A stretch of DNA of 64,000 nt. It comes from Lingula anatina (lineage: Eukaryota > Animalia > Brachiopoda). The notes under the pieces were generated by a model. That model had not been told where the DNA came from. It searched no databases and was given only the letters and a program-made list of their open reading frames with translations. The translations under genes were made by a program, and so were the position numbers. This document shows positions 40,101-52,741 of the stretch, in pieces (the stretch's first letter is position 1; each line of letters begins with the position of its first letter). Location of the stretch: the NCBI GenBank assembly GCA_051362555.1, contig CM120644.1, positions 2,488,954 to 2,552,953 of the forward strand, read 5' to 3'.

Positions 40101-43100
40101 AATTTTTTACATTCATTTTGATGAGGTTAATGTGTTCATTTGGAACTACATTTCTTTTTTCTTAGAGTTCAAAAACATCACTGCATTCCTAAATCATATT
40201 AGAGAAGGTCATATTTAAAGAACTGCCAAATGTTGTATGAGGTTCTTAATTACTCTTATGGAATTCTTCATTTGAAAAGATAATTTGTGTCATGGACTGT
40301 TAAAAAGAGCCAAAAATCATTTAAATCACTTGTGCATTTTTACAAAAAAAAAATCAAGCTCATAAGATACAAAATGGTAATTCTTTCAAGATGAATGGAA
40401 CTTTGTTTCAAATGTCATAAAAAATTAACAAGATCACTATGGGCGGTAAAGTAGCGGACCACATGAAAGAAAAACGGTGTGGCGGCTGTTGACTTTTTTA
40501 CAACTTTTCATCTGCATAATTGGATTATGAGAGAATTCCAAGAATGTTTGTTTTCCATCTTTCCTCCCCTCAATAGCCCTATCCTTATAACCCTTTCCTT
40601 CCTCCTTCCCCCATTTTCGCATAGCCCTCCCTCCATCTATCCCCATTTCCACTCTTCTTTATCTTTGTTGCTTTTTTCTCATAAGTTTATTGAATGTAGG
40701 CTTCAGCAACCTTTGCACGCACACATACACACACACACACACACACATGCACATGCATGTACATACACACATCTTCATCATCATCACGGTATATCATTAT
40801 GTGTGCATTAACATGCACATGAGTGTTATAGACAAACATAGTTGACAACATTTTGGTAAATTTGTTATCAAGTTATCCCAGTAATAGTAGAGGTATTAAA
40901 ATATGGGAGCAATTAAATGTCCACTTTCAGATTATTAAAACAGAGTGTACTTTAGTTTAAAGTCAGTAAAAAGAACACCTTTCTCTCTCTCCTTTCTCTC
41001 TCTCTCTCTCTCTCTCTCTTCTTCTTCTTCTTCTTCTTCTTATATCCACATTTTTGTCACATTTTTTGTTTTTTTATACATTTAAAAAAACATGTTGGTC
41101 GAGAAAATTGCCCAAGTGCAATTTAGCCTGCACATGTCATTTCCCATCCCACTTAGTGAAGGCAATACCAGGGGCACTTTTCAAGCACTGATGTATTTTT
41201 GAATTGTCTCCTAAATCATTGTGTATATCTCATTCTGTTGTATTTTATGGTCATTTACCAAAAGCCCTCCTTGGGCATTAATTCGAAGAAACCCTATCCA
41301 TTTTTTGGGCCTCATTAAAACACATGAGTGACAGTCATGAATTGTTGACACCGCATCATGTATATCCACAATCAGGGGCCTTGAGGCTTGCCACCTAAGC
41401 CCTGTCATGGATAATTTATCAGAGAATCTTGGTGTAAGATGGCACCTGACCTCTTTCATCTGTCAGCCATGATGGATCGCAGGTCAGGTATCTGAAAAAA
41501 CTCTGAAGAAAAAATATCTGATTAGAATCCAGTCCTCAACTGCAAATGAACCCCAAAGATAATTGGGTTCTGATTGAAATGGGGGTTGTACAGAAGGCAG
41601 GCCTTTATTACTTGCCAACTTTGATTTTTATGGGGGAAAATGATTTGATGGAACGGAGCCTGAGCTTTGTCAGGTCTGTTAGCCTTTCATTGCCATTGAA
41701 TAGACCTTGCATGGATTTAATTTATAAAACCAGGGGTTTATTTTCTTGATGTTTGTAACAAGTAGGATTGTATGAATGTCTGCATCAAAGAAAAAGGTGA
41801 AGAAAGCATGAACCATTTCAAAACCAGATTTTTTTGAAACTTGGTTTTTCTGGTTGCCTTGGAGACTTGCAAAAAGCATCATAATTTTGGTTTATCCGGG
41901 ATATATATAATGATCTGCCTCCACCCTGTTCATTTATTACCACTATGCCGCCTCATAATTTTAAATGATCTATGGTCTCTAAGTATGGCAATACTTAACT
42001 GCATTTTCCATTATCCCCACAATTTAGATTTTGTTTTGGAGACAGCATCAATTATTTATAAGGGCAATTTACAGAGATAAAATATATTTAAGTGACGTCT
42101 TTCAACATAGGCCTGTTTTTGGAAGGAAAAAGAAATCGAGTTGGTGTGGAGACAGCCACAATAACAAAAATGAGAACCTAGACTATCAGAGAGAGAGAAA
42201 GAGAAAGCAGCATATGTAATTAAGTTCAATCAGAAAGAACTTGGCAGTTTTAATTATTAAAATAGTATGCATGTAGTATGCATTACTCAGTTTTCAAACT
42301 AAGCCCCCATCTGTTTTTAAGAATATGTTTGAACTTTCTCATATTTCACCTGCCATTTTCAAGTCCTTGAAAAATCAACTGAATCCAGAGTGGATTTACA
42401 GTGGCATCTTCATTGTGCTACTTTCTCAGATTATTCATTGTAGTCTGAATTATTTGCTGTGAATGACATAATTGACTGCATTTACCATTTTGGGAAGAAG
42501 AATTAAACACAGAGTCGAAAAAACAGAAAATTATCCTGAGTCATGATGACAGTAGTATAAAATATTTATTACCGTACACGTGTAGTTATGATAGCTGCCT
42601 ACCACACAAATGGCAAAACCATGTAGACAACTAGCATTATTTATTGACTACAATGAATGAACAACAATTTACATGCATGTCACTAATGGATAGTGATTGA
42701 TGTTCAGAGCAAATTCACCGAGTGAACAAAAAAAAATGACTGACATAAAGATTTACTGTTATCAGAACATCACAACTTGCTACTTTCTACATTTCAATAC
42801 TGAGGACAATAGAGAACATGGTTTCTTTGATTATTTCCACGTACATTGTATGTCAGCCAGTGCTATTTAACCTCACCCAAAATAAAAACAGAATTACTTC
42901 AGCAACAGGTTACAAAATGTTAAAGTTAAATGCTATGTCCAGGTATTGATGACAAAATCAGCCTTATTTTCAGTTCACACAAAAGACCACAATACTGTGT
43001 CATTCTCCTCTGAACTACCTAGTTTTGCATTGAATTTCATAATTTAAGAAACCAAAGTCTAAAAGAAATACAATGGAAGACAAACTCACCAAACGAAGAA

Positions 43101-46100
43101 TTGACTTGCGAAATCAATCGCAAGTAATTATACTAATGTAGCTAGCATTCATATATTTAAAACACTGAAGTTTTATATACCGACTTTAAGTTTGGAGAGA
43201 TGTAGGATGGTAAGGGGGCATCGCAACAGACCATTTGGTTCATTGGTCCGAAGGTTCATTGGTATGAAATATTTCACATTTTCATCAGTTTTTTAATCAA
43301 GGGTTTTTTTGGTCCAAAGGTTCTATAGTGAAATGAACGCAAATGTACGTAAAAAATTACAAGTATTTGCCATTACACTAATTGATATGATATAAACCAT
43401 GTTAATTCATGAAAATTTACTGAAACATGTTTTAAGAGCAGAATCAATGGTGTCTTTAAATAATGTATGATATATTTATAAATATTTATTGTACATAATC
43501 GTCACAGCAGTGGTGTATTTGTCTGCCATACGCCCTCTTTTGAACTTAAAAAGTGGAATATTTGAAGTCAATTTTGTTTTTGGGATGATTTTAATTTTAA
43601 ACATAGAATAGAGAAATTTTAAATGAATGTAATTATATAAATCTAAAGGAATGATCTGTGTTTCAGAAAAATTATGAAATAATTTGATACCACTTTTTGC
43701 TCTGGTCTCTAAATTTTCTCTCCACAAAAACAGGATGGTTGTTTTTCACTGCTGTAACATGTACGGCACATTTGGGTAATTTTTATCAATGAACCCATGC
43801 ATGTGTTCCGTGTAAAAAAACATGACGATGGCTAACTGAGACATTAAGGTTGCTGTAAGTTTGCAATTTTTCCCTTCTGAGCGTAATATAATTTCACTGG
43901 TACGGACTGGCGAGAAACATCGTAGTTACGTCATATTGCCCCGAGCTATGTTTTATTTCAACATGTTGGGTTTTAAAATGACATCGTGTATGCACGGCTT
44001 TTACGGTGAATTATGTGATGGTAAACACAAGGCATTCCTTCAGGATCAAAAATGTTACTGCCTGTTATTGTGAACCTCATGTGTGGCATATAAAAAGTTT
44101 AAATGAAAAATCATGGAGGTGAATGTGAAAAACATCAGGCAGCTCCTTAAATGTTTTCATTTCTGGCCACAGATCAAGAGTTTGATTGCACAGTTTTCAT
44201 TCTGGTTAAGAAAACTTGGGTATTGCCTTGACATATACTACCCCCCTCCCCCCCCCCCCCCCACCCCACCCAACCTGCCTTTCTTTCTTTCTTTCTTTCT
44301 TTTTTTCATCTTTTTCCTCTTTCTTCACTAACTTTTTCAGTTTGAGAAGCCCTATAATGAGAGGATGGATAAGAACATCTGTTCCTGGAATGTCAGCCAC
44401 TGATAACTCAATTCCCTCACCACACATTACATGTGCCGGCAATTTGATAGCTTTTGATCTGGGCAATAATTTAGTCCCCCGTTAGATAAAAACAGGAAAC
44501 AAAAATGGCTGTGCAAAGTGTTAGCTATTGGCTACACGTGTTTTCTCTACATGTGCGTAAGGACCATAACCGTTCCTCGGGTCAGGGCGCAGCACTGCTT
44601 ACTTTTCTTGGATGTAGAGGCCAATTTCTGCTCTGAAGGAGCCTTTAAAACTGACCTCAATTCTAGAAGTTTAAGGGGTAATGAAAAGTATATACCATAA
44701 GAATGAAAAGGAAGAGTAAGGGAAACATGAAAAGTAGCTCAAGATCATGCTACTCCTACTCATTCTACTCTCGGTCCCTCCATGGTCCCTCCATAATCTG
44801 ACCGTAAACTGGTGATATCAGTTAGACAATTTCTGGTGTAAGGTCCCATTCAGAACAGTGGACTAACTAATCCGAGGGTCAAATATGGCAACCCACTACA
44901 AAGCTTGCAATCGAATAGATTTCTGTTAATAGACACTGAATAGATACTCCGTGGGGAAGTATTCAAATGGGTTGGCCATATTTGTCCATCGGACTAGTTA
45001 GTCCCTTAATTATTCTGAATGTGGTCTAAGTTAGCTCAGCTTTAAACATGCCTCAGAAATAAAATACTTAAACACCTGGCTACTATAACTTAAGTGCTAA
45101 GACCAATATCTCCACAGGTATGCCTTTAATAAGGTAAAGAGAGTAAAAGGAATGTAAAAGGTCAAGAAATAACTTGCATCCTCTATCAAGAGAACTAGCT
45201 GTTCACAAGAGCTGGTCTGGTCTAATGTGATGTCACCAAGCAGGCAATTGATATTTTTAATGATTAACTTATTTGCTGTCAAAGAGGAGGTTGCTGCTGA
45301 CCACCTTCCTAAGAGAATGCAATAAACTTTTGTTTGGTTGGTTGTTTGTTTTTTAAAGTGAAAAATTTCTGACCGAGTGGATAATTTATTTTATGCCTTC
45401 TACTTACATGTAGCAGTAAAAATAAAGCAAAAAAAAAAAAAAAACAAGGAGGAAGTAAGTAAAAAGATGTATTTGGCTGTTGGACTGCTAAATTAAGGTG
45501 TTCTTGCTCTGTTCTGATAGAAACAGTGAAATAATTGAATGATCACAGGGAATCAGTGATGTATGTGAAACCTGTGAATACATCAGGGGCAGCTGCAGTG
45601 TGTGTTGCTTGTGCTTGGTAATGCCTTTCCCCGTTGCCTGTGAATTATTGGGACTATCCCAATATTACCTTCAGGTGGCTGGCAGTGAGTTAATGGAAGA
45701 AATATGAGGGTATTTATGACATGAGGAATTCATCCTGGAAATTGATAGATATCGTACTAGCTTGTTGTTTTACAAAGGATGATTGCCCTTTAAATCTTAT
45801 TTTGAAAATTTTTGCTTTTAGACTCCTTGGTAGAGTGGACCATGAATCTTGGAAAATAGTTTTAAAGCTGCCACATTCATAAGGTTTTTTGGGGGGTTGT
45901 CAGATGCTGAAAAGCCTGCCTTCTGGGAAATGGTGCCAATCGAAAGAGAAATATTTCACTATGTTTAATTGTTAAGATTTAAGCTGGGAGTCCAGATTAG
46001 ACAGGGTGGGGGTCTTTTTGTAATGACACTTTGACATTTTTTAAACTGTGCAGGATTTCAGGTGTGTGTTTGTATGGGTAGTTTATGTGCTTTTATTTCT

Positions 46101-46156
46101 TTTTGTAATGTTAATATTTTTCATTTCTATCCCCTGTTCTGTATGTGACTTTGTGT

Positions 46157-46191
<35 letters not shown>

Positions 46192-46991
46192 ACAGATTGT
46201 GTTTATTGAGATCATCTGAGGACATGTATAAACTTTTAAACATTATGAAAGAGTTTTTATATACAGTGTGCGTGGCAACATTATTATGGCATGGGAGATT
46301 ACCCACATTGCATTGAAGTGTATTATAATTTTATATATTGTAAGCTGTTGTTATATGATAACCCTCTGACGTATTTCAAAAAAATATATATATATTTGAA
46401 ATTATTTGATTTTTTTTTTTTTTTTCAATATCCTGTTTCACAATTGGTTCTCCAGCTGTGTAATTTTTTCACTCATAAAAATGTTAAAGGCACCATGTAT
46501 GAAATCATTTCAGCACTTTTTTTTTTCATTTTAAATATATATAAATCGTTTTGTCTTTAAGCAAAAGACAAAATGATGAATATACTGCCCTATACTTATG
46601 CAACTACCACCAACATGGAACACTATTGACAATTTAATATTATTTTACTTCAGCATCCATCCAGTGTGAATGTACGACGGCGGACTGCAGCCGTGAGCAG
46701 AAGACCACATGTTTGGCAGAACATAGTTGTTATGTCCAGCATCTTCCAGTCGATAAAGATGACGGCCCCACGCCACCTATACTCAGAGGCTGCATTAATG
46801 ATCCAACGCCATTACTGTGTGAGAACCGGCGCCCTCTAGGATATAAAGGTCCCTGGCCGGTGCTACATTGCTGTTTTACTAATGGATGTAATAAAGAAGT
46901 TTTACCCCCTGAAGCCCCAAGGGATGATAACAGTAAGTTTCTTGGAAGTATTTCTCGATGTCAGTCCCTTTTTTGTTCAGGGATAAATAGA

Positions 46992-47022
<31 letters not shown>

Positions 47023-50000
47023 TTCTCTCCCTTTTTTTTTACTTCAGATTCAGTGATATGATTTTTCAATGAAGATCTAAGAGTTATATTATTTACCAAA
47101 ATGCTGATTACATTGAGGTTGTTTTTGTCAGAAATCAGTTTTGAGCATATGAAAAAAAGCATAATCTCAGAATTGATGTGTTATTTGTGTTGTTGGTTAG
47201 ATAATGCTGCTGAAAAAGTGAGGGACACACACACGCAGAGAGAGAGGGAGGGAGGGAGGGAGAAACAAAAAGAGAATAACATTTCACCTTTAAAATAATT
47301 TTGCTTCCTCTTTTTTCAACAGTTCCTTAGTGATTTTTAAGTGCCAAATATTAGTAGTTGTAGTCACCTGAAGAGAGCAAATCCTAGAAATTCGATAAAA
47401 TGAGTACAGAATCCCAGTGGGAATAATACATGGAGTGAATATTTCCCCCTCTGACATTTGGCATGAGTTAAAATCATCTAAACTGATATCCCTTTTGTTG
47501 ATTTCCAACCTTGTTCCGTTTTGCTCTCCCCAACCCTCACAACTGTTGGCAGTCTTTTTTTAAACAAAACTCCAATTGGAATTGACAGATCTACTTAGGA
47601 ATGAGTAAGGGATCTTGTTTGGGCTGAGGATAAGATCAGGTTAGGGCTAGGGATAGAGTGTCACTCATTGAATCGTCCTTTGTGCAGAAAAGGATATTGC
47701 ATTTTTAATGGCAGTAGATGGAATGAGATGCCATTCTTGAAGTAGTTTCTTTTTCTTTACTTTTTTTTTAAGTTGTAGATGAACTCTGTGTTCTTGTTCT
47801 TGAATTTAAAAAGATTTCTATTTACTCCATATGACACTTTGTTTTGACTTAAAAGTCAAGTTGTAGAAGTACTCGAGAATCTTAGTGAAGTTGTGAAAAC
47901 ACCTTAATTGCTCTAATAATTTGAGGTAAATGTAATTCACAAGTAAAATGGACTTAAAATATTCCTGTTATAGATGGTTTCATACTCCTGAAAAGAGTTT
48001 TGTTTCAAGGTCATTCATGTTAATACAAGGTTTATAAAATCAAATCAACATTTTAGCCAATCAACCTTTTTATTTATTTATTTATTTATTTATTCATTTA
48101 TTTATTTATTTATTTAGGCTACTTCTAAGCTTCATTCATACTTGTAATCAAGTAATAACATTGTTTGTAACCTTAGTCTGTATTCCTGTATATATTAGTA
48201 TTTCATGATTAAAAAGATTTTAAAAAAACAATTATGAAATGTAAACAATGGAGGATAACATGGTTGATTTTACACTTTCAAAATTTATATATTTAAGCTT
48301 TTCTTTTTCAATTCCTATATGTAAAATGTCATTTTCTTTGATAATTGACAAATAAATGAATAAATAAATAAGTATATAGATAAATGAATGAATAAATAAA
48401 TTTGAATATAAATAATTGTACCACCAGCGTTAGCGCTGGCGGTACACATGGTTTCGGTCTCGTCCGGATCGTTCCGCCGGCTCCGCCGGCTCCGCCGGCT
48501 CCGCCGGACGGCTACCGTTACCGCTTCTCCTCCTAGACGGTAAGGCCCCCCATACCCATCTCATGGATTTAGGTCACCTATAATCTCAACTCGTTCCACG
48601 TAAAATTTGGGCTTTGTCGGTATTGGGGTCTGGGTGTGGCACTCATTGCAATGCACCCTTGTCCAAAAATGGCAAAATTAAATGCTAATTATCTACCCTA
48701 CGGAAGGAGTTACGGGAAAATTTTCTACAGACGGCTTTCCAAAAGTCATATGTGTAGATTTCAAATATACCCTCGGATTTGACCTTTGACCTTTACTTCA
48801 AGGTCAAATGGGCCAAAATTTTCAAAAAAATGAAATTTTTTACGAAAAAAAAAATTTTTGCCCTGTTATTCAGACACCACACAGACTTAACCAATAATAT
48901 TATTGGAAAGTGTTACCCTTCAGGTCATCTTTCATCTCCGTGAATTTGGGGTCAATCGGTGCATTTTCACAGGAGTAGCGGCCATAAGATACCGAAACTG
49001 AAAACTGTCTCTAATTCGGGAACCGTTAATGCTAGAGACCCATTCTTTTTTGCATTTTGTAGAGCATGTAAAGCCCAACACTGGAGGTGGTCTCGGTTTT
49101 TTTGTATTCCATACGGTTTTCGAGTTACGCTGTATCAAAAAGTACATATTGGTGGTGAAAGGAAAATGTACGGAAGCCCACTGGTGCCATATGTAGAAAA
49201 AAAAATTATCTCGAAATTTCGAGATACTATTTTGAAATTTGAACAAAAAAATTTACCACCAGCGTTAGCGCTGGCGGTACACATGGTTTCGGTCCCGTCC
49301 GGTCCGTTCCGCCGGCTCCGCCGCCATGTTACCGTTACCGCTTCTCCTCCTAGACGGTAAGGGCCCCCGTACCCATCTCATGGATTTAGGTCACCTATAA
49401 TCTCAACTCGTTCCACGTAAAATTTGGGCTTTGTCGGTATTGGGGTCTGGGTGTGGCACTCATTGCAATGCACCCTTGTCTAAAAATGGCAAAATTAAAT
49501 GCTAATTATCTACCCTACAGAAGGAGTTACGGGAAAAATTTCTATAGACGGCTTTCCAAAAGTCATATGTGTAGATTTCAAATATACCCTCGGATTTGAC
49601 CTTTGACCTTTACTTCAAGGTCAAATGGGTCAAAATTTTCAAAAAAATGAAATTTTTTACGAAAAAAAATTTTTTTGCCCTGTTATTCAGACGCCACACA
49701 GACTTAACCAATAATATTATTGGAAAGTGTTACCCTTCAGGTCATCTTTCATCTCCGTGAATTTGGGGTCAATCGGTGCATTTTCACAGGAGTAGCGGCC
49801 ATAAGATACCGAAACTGAAAACTGTCTCTAATTCGGGAACCGTTAATGCTAGAGACCCATTCTTTTTTGCATTTTGTAGAGCATGTAAAGCCCAACACTG
49901 GAGGTGGTCTCGGTTTTTTTGTATTCCATACAGTTTTCGAGTTACGCTGTATCAGAAAGTACATATTGGTGGTGAAAGGAAAATGTACGGAAGCCGACTG

Positions 50001-52653
50001 GTGCCATATGTAGAAAAAAAAATTATCTCGAAATTTCGAGATACTATTTTGAAATTTGAACAAAAAAAATTTTTATCTCGAAATTTCGAGATAGCATTTT
50101 GAAATTTGAACAAAAAAAAAATTATCTCGAAATTTCGAGATAGCATTTTGATATTTGAGCAAAAAAATTTATCTCGAAATTTCGAGATAGTATTTTGAAA
50201 TTTGAACAAAAAAAATGCTATCTCGAAATTTCGAGATAATTTTTTTTTTCAACATATGGCACCAGTCGGCTTCCGTAAAAATGTGCAGTACGGTAATGGA
50301 TAATAAATTTTGAACTCCGGAAAAATAAAACATAATGCTTGGCAAAGCAGACAACTTGTGGTCAAAAATGACATTATTTTATCAAATTTAAACTTCTGCA
50401 ACTTCAGAGAACCTCCCATTTCAAGAACTTTGACCAAAATGACCTTTTCTTTATTTTAATTAATTTTTTCTGTAGGAAATTTATGGCACATTATGGTAAC
50501 TCCAAAATTATAACATTTAGTCCCTTATATCTCCAAAACTGGCAGAGATAGGTCCATAGTTACTATTGAAGTTGAATAGGAAGTCATATACTGGCAATCT
50601 TACTGTGACCTTGACATTGACCTTTGACCTACTTTTCACCATGAACTGAACTTTGCAAATTTTGCTTCCCTTTTATCTCCAAAACTGGCAGAGATAGGTC
50701 CATAGTTACTATTGAAGTTGAATAGGAAGTCATATACTGGCAATCTTACTGTGACCTTGAAATTGACCTTTGACCTACTTATCACCATGAACTGAACTTT
50801 GCAAATTTTGCTTCCCTTTTATCTCCAAAACTGGCAGAGATAGGTCCATAGTTACTATTGAACTTGAATAGGAAGTCATATACTGGCAATTTTACTGTGA
50901 CCTTGAAATTGACCTTTGACCTACTTTTCACCTTGAACTGAACTTTGCAAAATTTGCTTCCCTTTTATCTCCAAAACTGGCAGAGATAGGTCCATAGTTA
51001 CTATTGAACTTGCATAGGAAGTCATATACTGGCAATTTTACTGTGACCTTGAAATTGACCTTTGACCTTCTTTTCACCATGAACTGAACTTTGCAAATTT
51101 TGCTTCCCTTTTATCTCCAAAACTGGCAGAGATAGGTCCATAGTTACTATTGAAGTTGAATAGGAAGTCATATACTGGCAATCTAAATGTGACCTTGAAA
51201 TTGACCTTTGACCTACTTTTCACCATGAACTGAACTTTGCAAATTTTGCTTCCCTTTTATCTCCAAAACTGGCAGAGATAGGTCCATAGTTACTATTGAA
51301 GTTGAATAGGAAGTCATATACTGGCAATCTTACTGTGACCTTGAAATTGACCTTTGACCTACTTATCACCATGAACTGAACTTTGCAAATTTTGCTTCCC
51401 TTTTATCTCCAAAACTGGCAGAGATAGGTCCATAGTTACTATTGAACTTGAATAGGAAGTCATATACTGGCAATTTTACTGTGACCTTGAAATTGACCTT
51501 TGACCTACTTTTCACCTTGAACTGAACTTTGCAAAATTTGCTTCCCTTTTATCTCCAAAACTGGCAGAGATAGGTCCATAGTTACTATTGAACTTGCATA
51601 GGAAGTCATATACTGGCAATTTTACTGTGACCTTGAAATTGACCTTTGACCTTCTTTTCACCATGAACTGAACTTTGCAAATTTTGCTTCCCTTTTATCT
51701 CCAAAACTGGCAGAGATAGGTCCATAGTTACTATTGAAGTTGAATAGGAAGTCATATACTGGCAATCTAAATGTGACCTTGAAATTGACCTTTGACCTAC
51801 TTTTCACCATGAACTGAACTTTGCAAATTTTGCTTCCCTTTTATCTCCAAAACTGGCAGAGATAGGTCCATAGTTACTATTGAAGTTGAATAGGAAGTCA
51901 TATACTGGCAATCTTACTGTGACCTTGAAATTGACCTTTGACCTAATTTTCACCATGAACTGAACTTTGCAAATTTTGCTTCCCTTTTATCTCCAAAACT
52001 GGCAGAGATAGGTCCATAGTTACTATTGAAATTGGATAGGAAGTCATATACTGGCAATTTACTGTGACCTTGAAATTGACCTTTGACCTACCTTACAATG
52101 AACTTAACTTTGATTGCACCATTTTTAGTTATATATATTTTTTGCATATTTTGAAAATTCTTGTTGATTGCATTTTTTACAGCTTGTCAAGCACAAGACT
52201 GGTGGCTGCACCCCTTATTTTGTGTATGTGGGGGTCTATACGAATGCGCTTGCTCCAGCTGGTGGTACAATATTCGGAGGCGGTATCGCCTCTCTGATCC
52301 TCTAGTTCATTTTTATTTCAGATACAAGTGCCCAGGTAACAGTGGCCTCTGACATCTATACCTCAGACCTCAACACTCACCACATTGAGAACACCCACAC
52401 TGTAAGATTTCACAACATCAACCCTGTCTACATCGCTGTTCCAACCGTGGGTGTGTGCTCTCTCCTAGCTATCATCATCTTCACCATTTACATGCTCAAA
52501 CGGCATCAGGCGCATTATTATAAAGCCTGCGACAAAGCAGGAAATTTACAGACAGTCAGTTCCAGGACAAGTAGCGAGGATAGTTCAGTGCGTGATATGG
52601 AGGATGTGTCCGTGGAACAGTCCATACAGAGTGACTGTAGGCTGTTGGTGTGA
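25755..52653 (+). CDS. Divergent BAMBI-like, kinase-less TGF-beta type I receptor-like membrane protein (223 aa)
   Basis: Exon 1 25755-25815 (signal peptide MNAFLQVLLVLQSLTFSAIR, donor G|GTAAG, phase 1). Exon 2 46654-46932 (IQCECTTADC..TC..HSCY..RGC..LLC..HCCFTNGCN, 10 Cys, phase 1). Exon 3 52322-52653 (TM PVYIAVPTVGVCSLLAIIIFTIYMLKR, ~50-aa tail, TGA). Total 672 nt in frame. Linking exon 1 across the 20.8-kb intron is inferred from phase and signal peptide. Confidence 0.8.
30558..30751. mobile_element. Small foldback MITE
   Basis: About 65-bp arms: TAAGAATGAAG..TTTTTCTTCTGTCAACAG..ATATTGAAATAGTTTTTACCTCCAATATTT and its reverse complement ending CTTCATTCTTA. Confidence 0.8.
31415..31540. repeat. 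Compound (CT)n(CA)n microsatellite
   Basis: Directly visible. Similar tracts at about 26500, 32060-32190, 35890-36110, 37050-37175, 40725, 40980-41041, 46150-46190 and 46990. Confidence 0.95.
32990..33245. mobile_element. Palindromic ~250-bp MITE family, copy A
   Basis: CTCCCTGGGGAGTCTCACTAAATTGCTGTCA...TTAAATGTCTGTCATGCCTA is mirrored by TAGGCATGACAGACATTTAA...GCAATTTAGTGAGACTCCCCAGGGAG. Related copies at 1-42, 35055-35290 and 52742-53005. Confidence 0.8.
35055..35290. mobile_element. Palindromic ~250-bp MITE family, copy B
   Basis: CCATTCCCATAGATTTTAGATCGATCTATCCCTG ... GATCGATCTAAATCTCTGGGAATG. The left end is the reverse complement of window positions 1-35. Confidence 0.8.
39092..39453. 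mobile_element. hAT-like MITE (CAG...CTG termini)
   Basis: 14-bp TIR CAGACATGCTGAAA / TTTCAGCATGTCTG. Both flanks share GGGGAG, but there is no perfect 8-bp TSD. Confidence 0.65.
44839..45029. mobile_element. Small MITE
   Basis: CATTCAGAA..GGACTAACTAATCCGA..CAAATATGGCAACCCA is mirrored by TGGGTTGGCCATATTTG..TCGGACTAGTTAGTCC..TTCTGAATG. A related fragment occurs near 7600-7630. Confidence 0.7.
49988..50275. mobile_element. TA-flanked MITE nested in the HINE
   Basis: TA|CGGAAGCCGACTGGTGCCATATGT ... ACATATGGCACCAGTCGGCTTCCG|TA. The interior holds five copies of the palindrome TATCTCGAAATTTCGAGATA at 47-50 bp spacing. Confidence 0.85.
50521..52110. repeat. Tandem satellite array, ~11 x 146 bp
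   Basis: CTCCAAAACTGGCAGAGATAGG recurs at 50531, 50677, 50823, 50969, 51115, 51261, 51407, 51553, 51699, 51845 and 51991, an exact 146-bp period. Confidence 0.98.
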
Positions 52654-52741
52654 CCAGGTTCAGGAATTTCCAAATTTGACACTCTCACAAAAAGACGAAG
52701 GGAGTAGGGGGCATGTTATTTTGCAGGCATGCCATTTTAAA

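Larger units (their letters stand above)
48416..52307 (+). mobile_element. Helentron-associated non-autonomous element (HINE-like) carrying a satellite array, with duplicated 5' module
   Basis: 5' subterminal IR TTGTACCACCAGC (48416-48428) lies in a hairpin and is followed by (CTCCGCCGG)n. Matching GCTGGTGGTACAA at 52258-52270. 3' hairpin GAGGCG-GTAT-CGCCTC (52277-52292) then CTAG-TT. The 5' ~830 bp is present twice (from 48419 and from 49254). Confidence 0.85.

Noticed and set aside
48932-50209. Duplicated 104-133 aa ORFs on both strands
   Set aside because: They lie in the duplicated non-coding module of the HINE/MITE, and the periodic SRNFEI/ISKFRD peptides come from the palindrome.
50521-52110. 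CRISPR-like regular array
   Set aside because: Whole 146-bp monomers repeat with no unique spacers, there are no cas genes, and the context is eukaryotic. It is a satellite.
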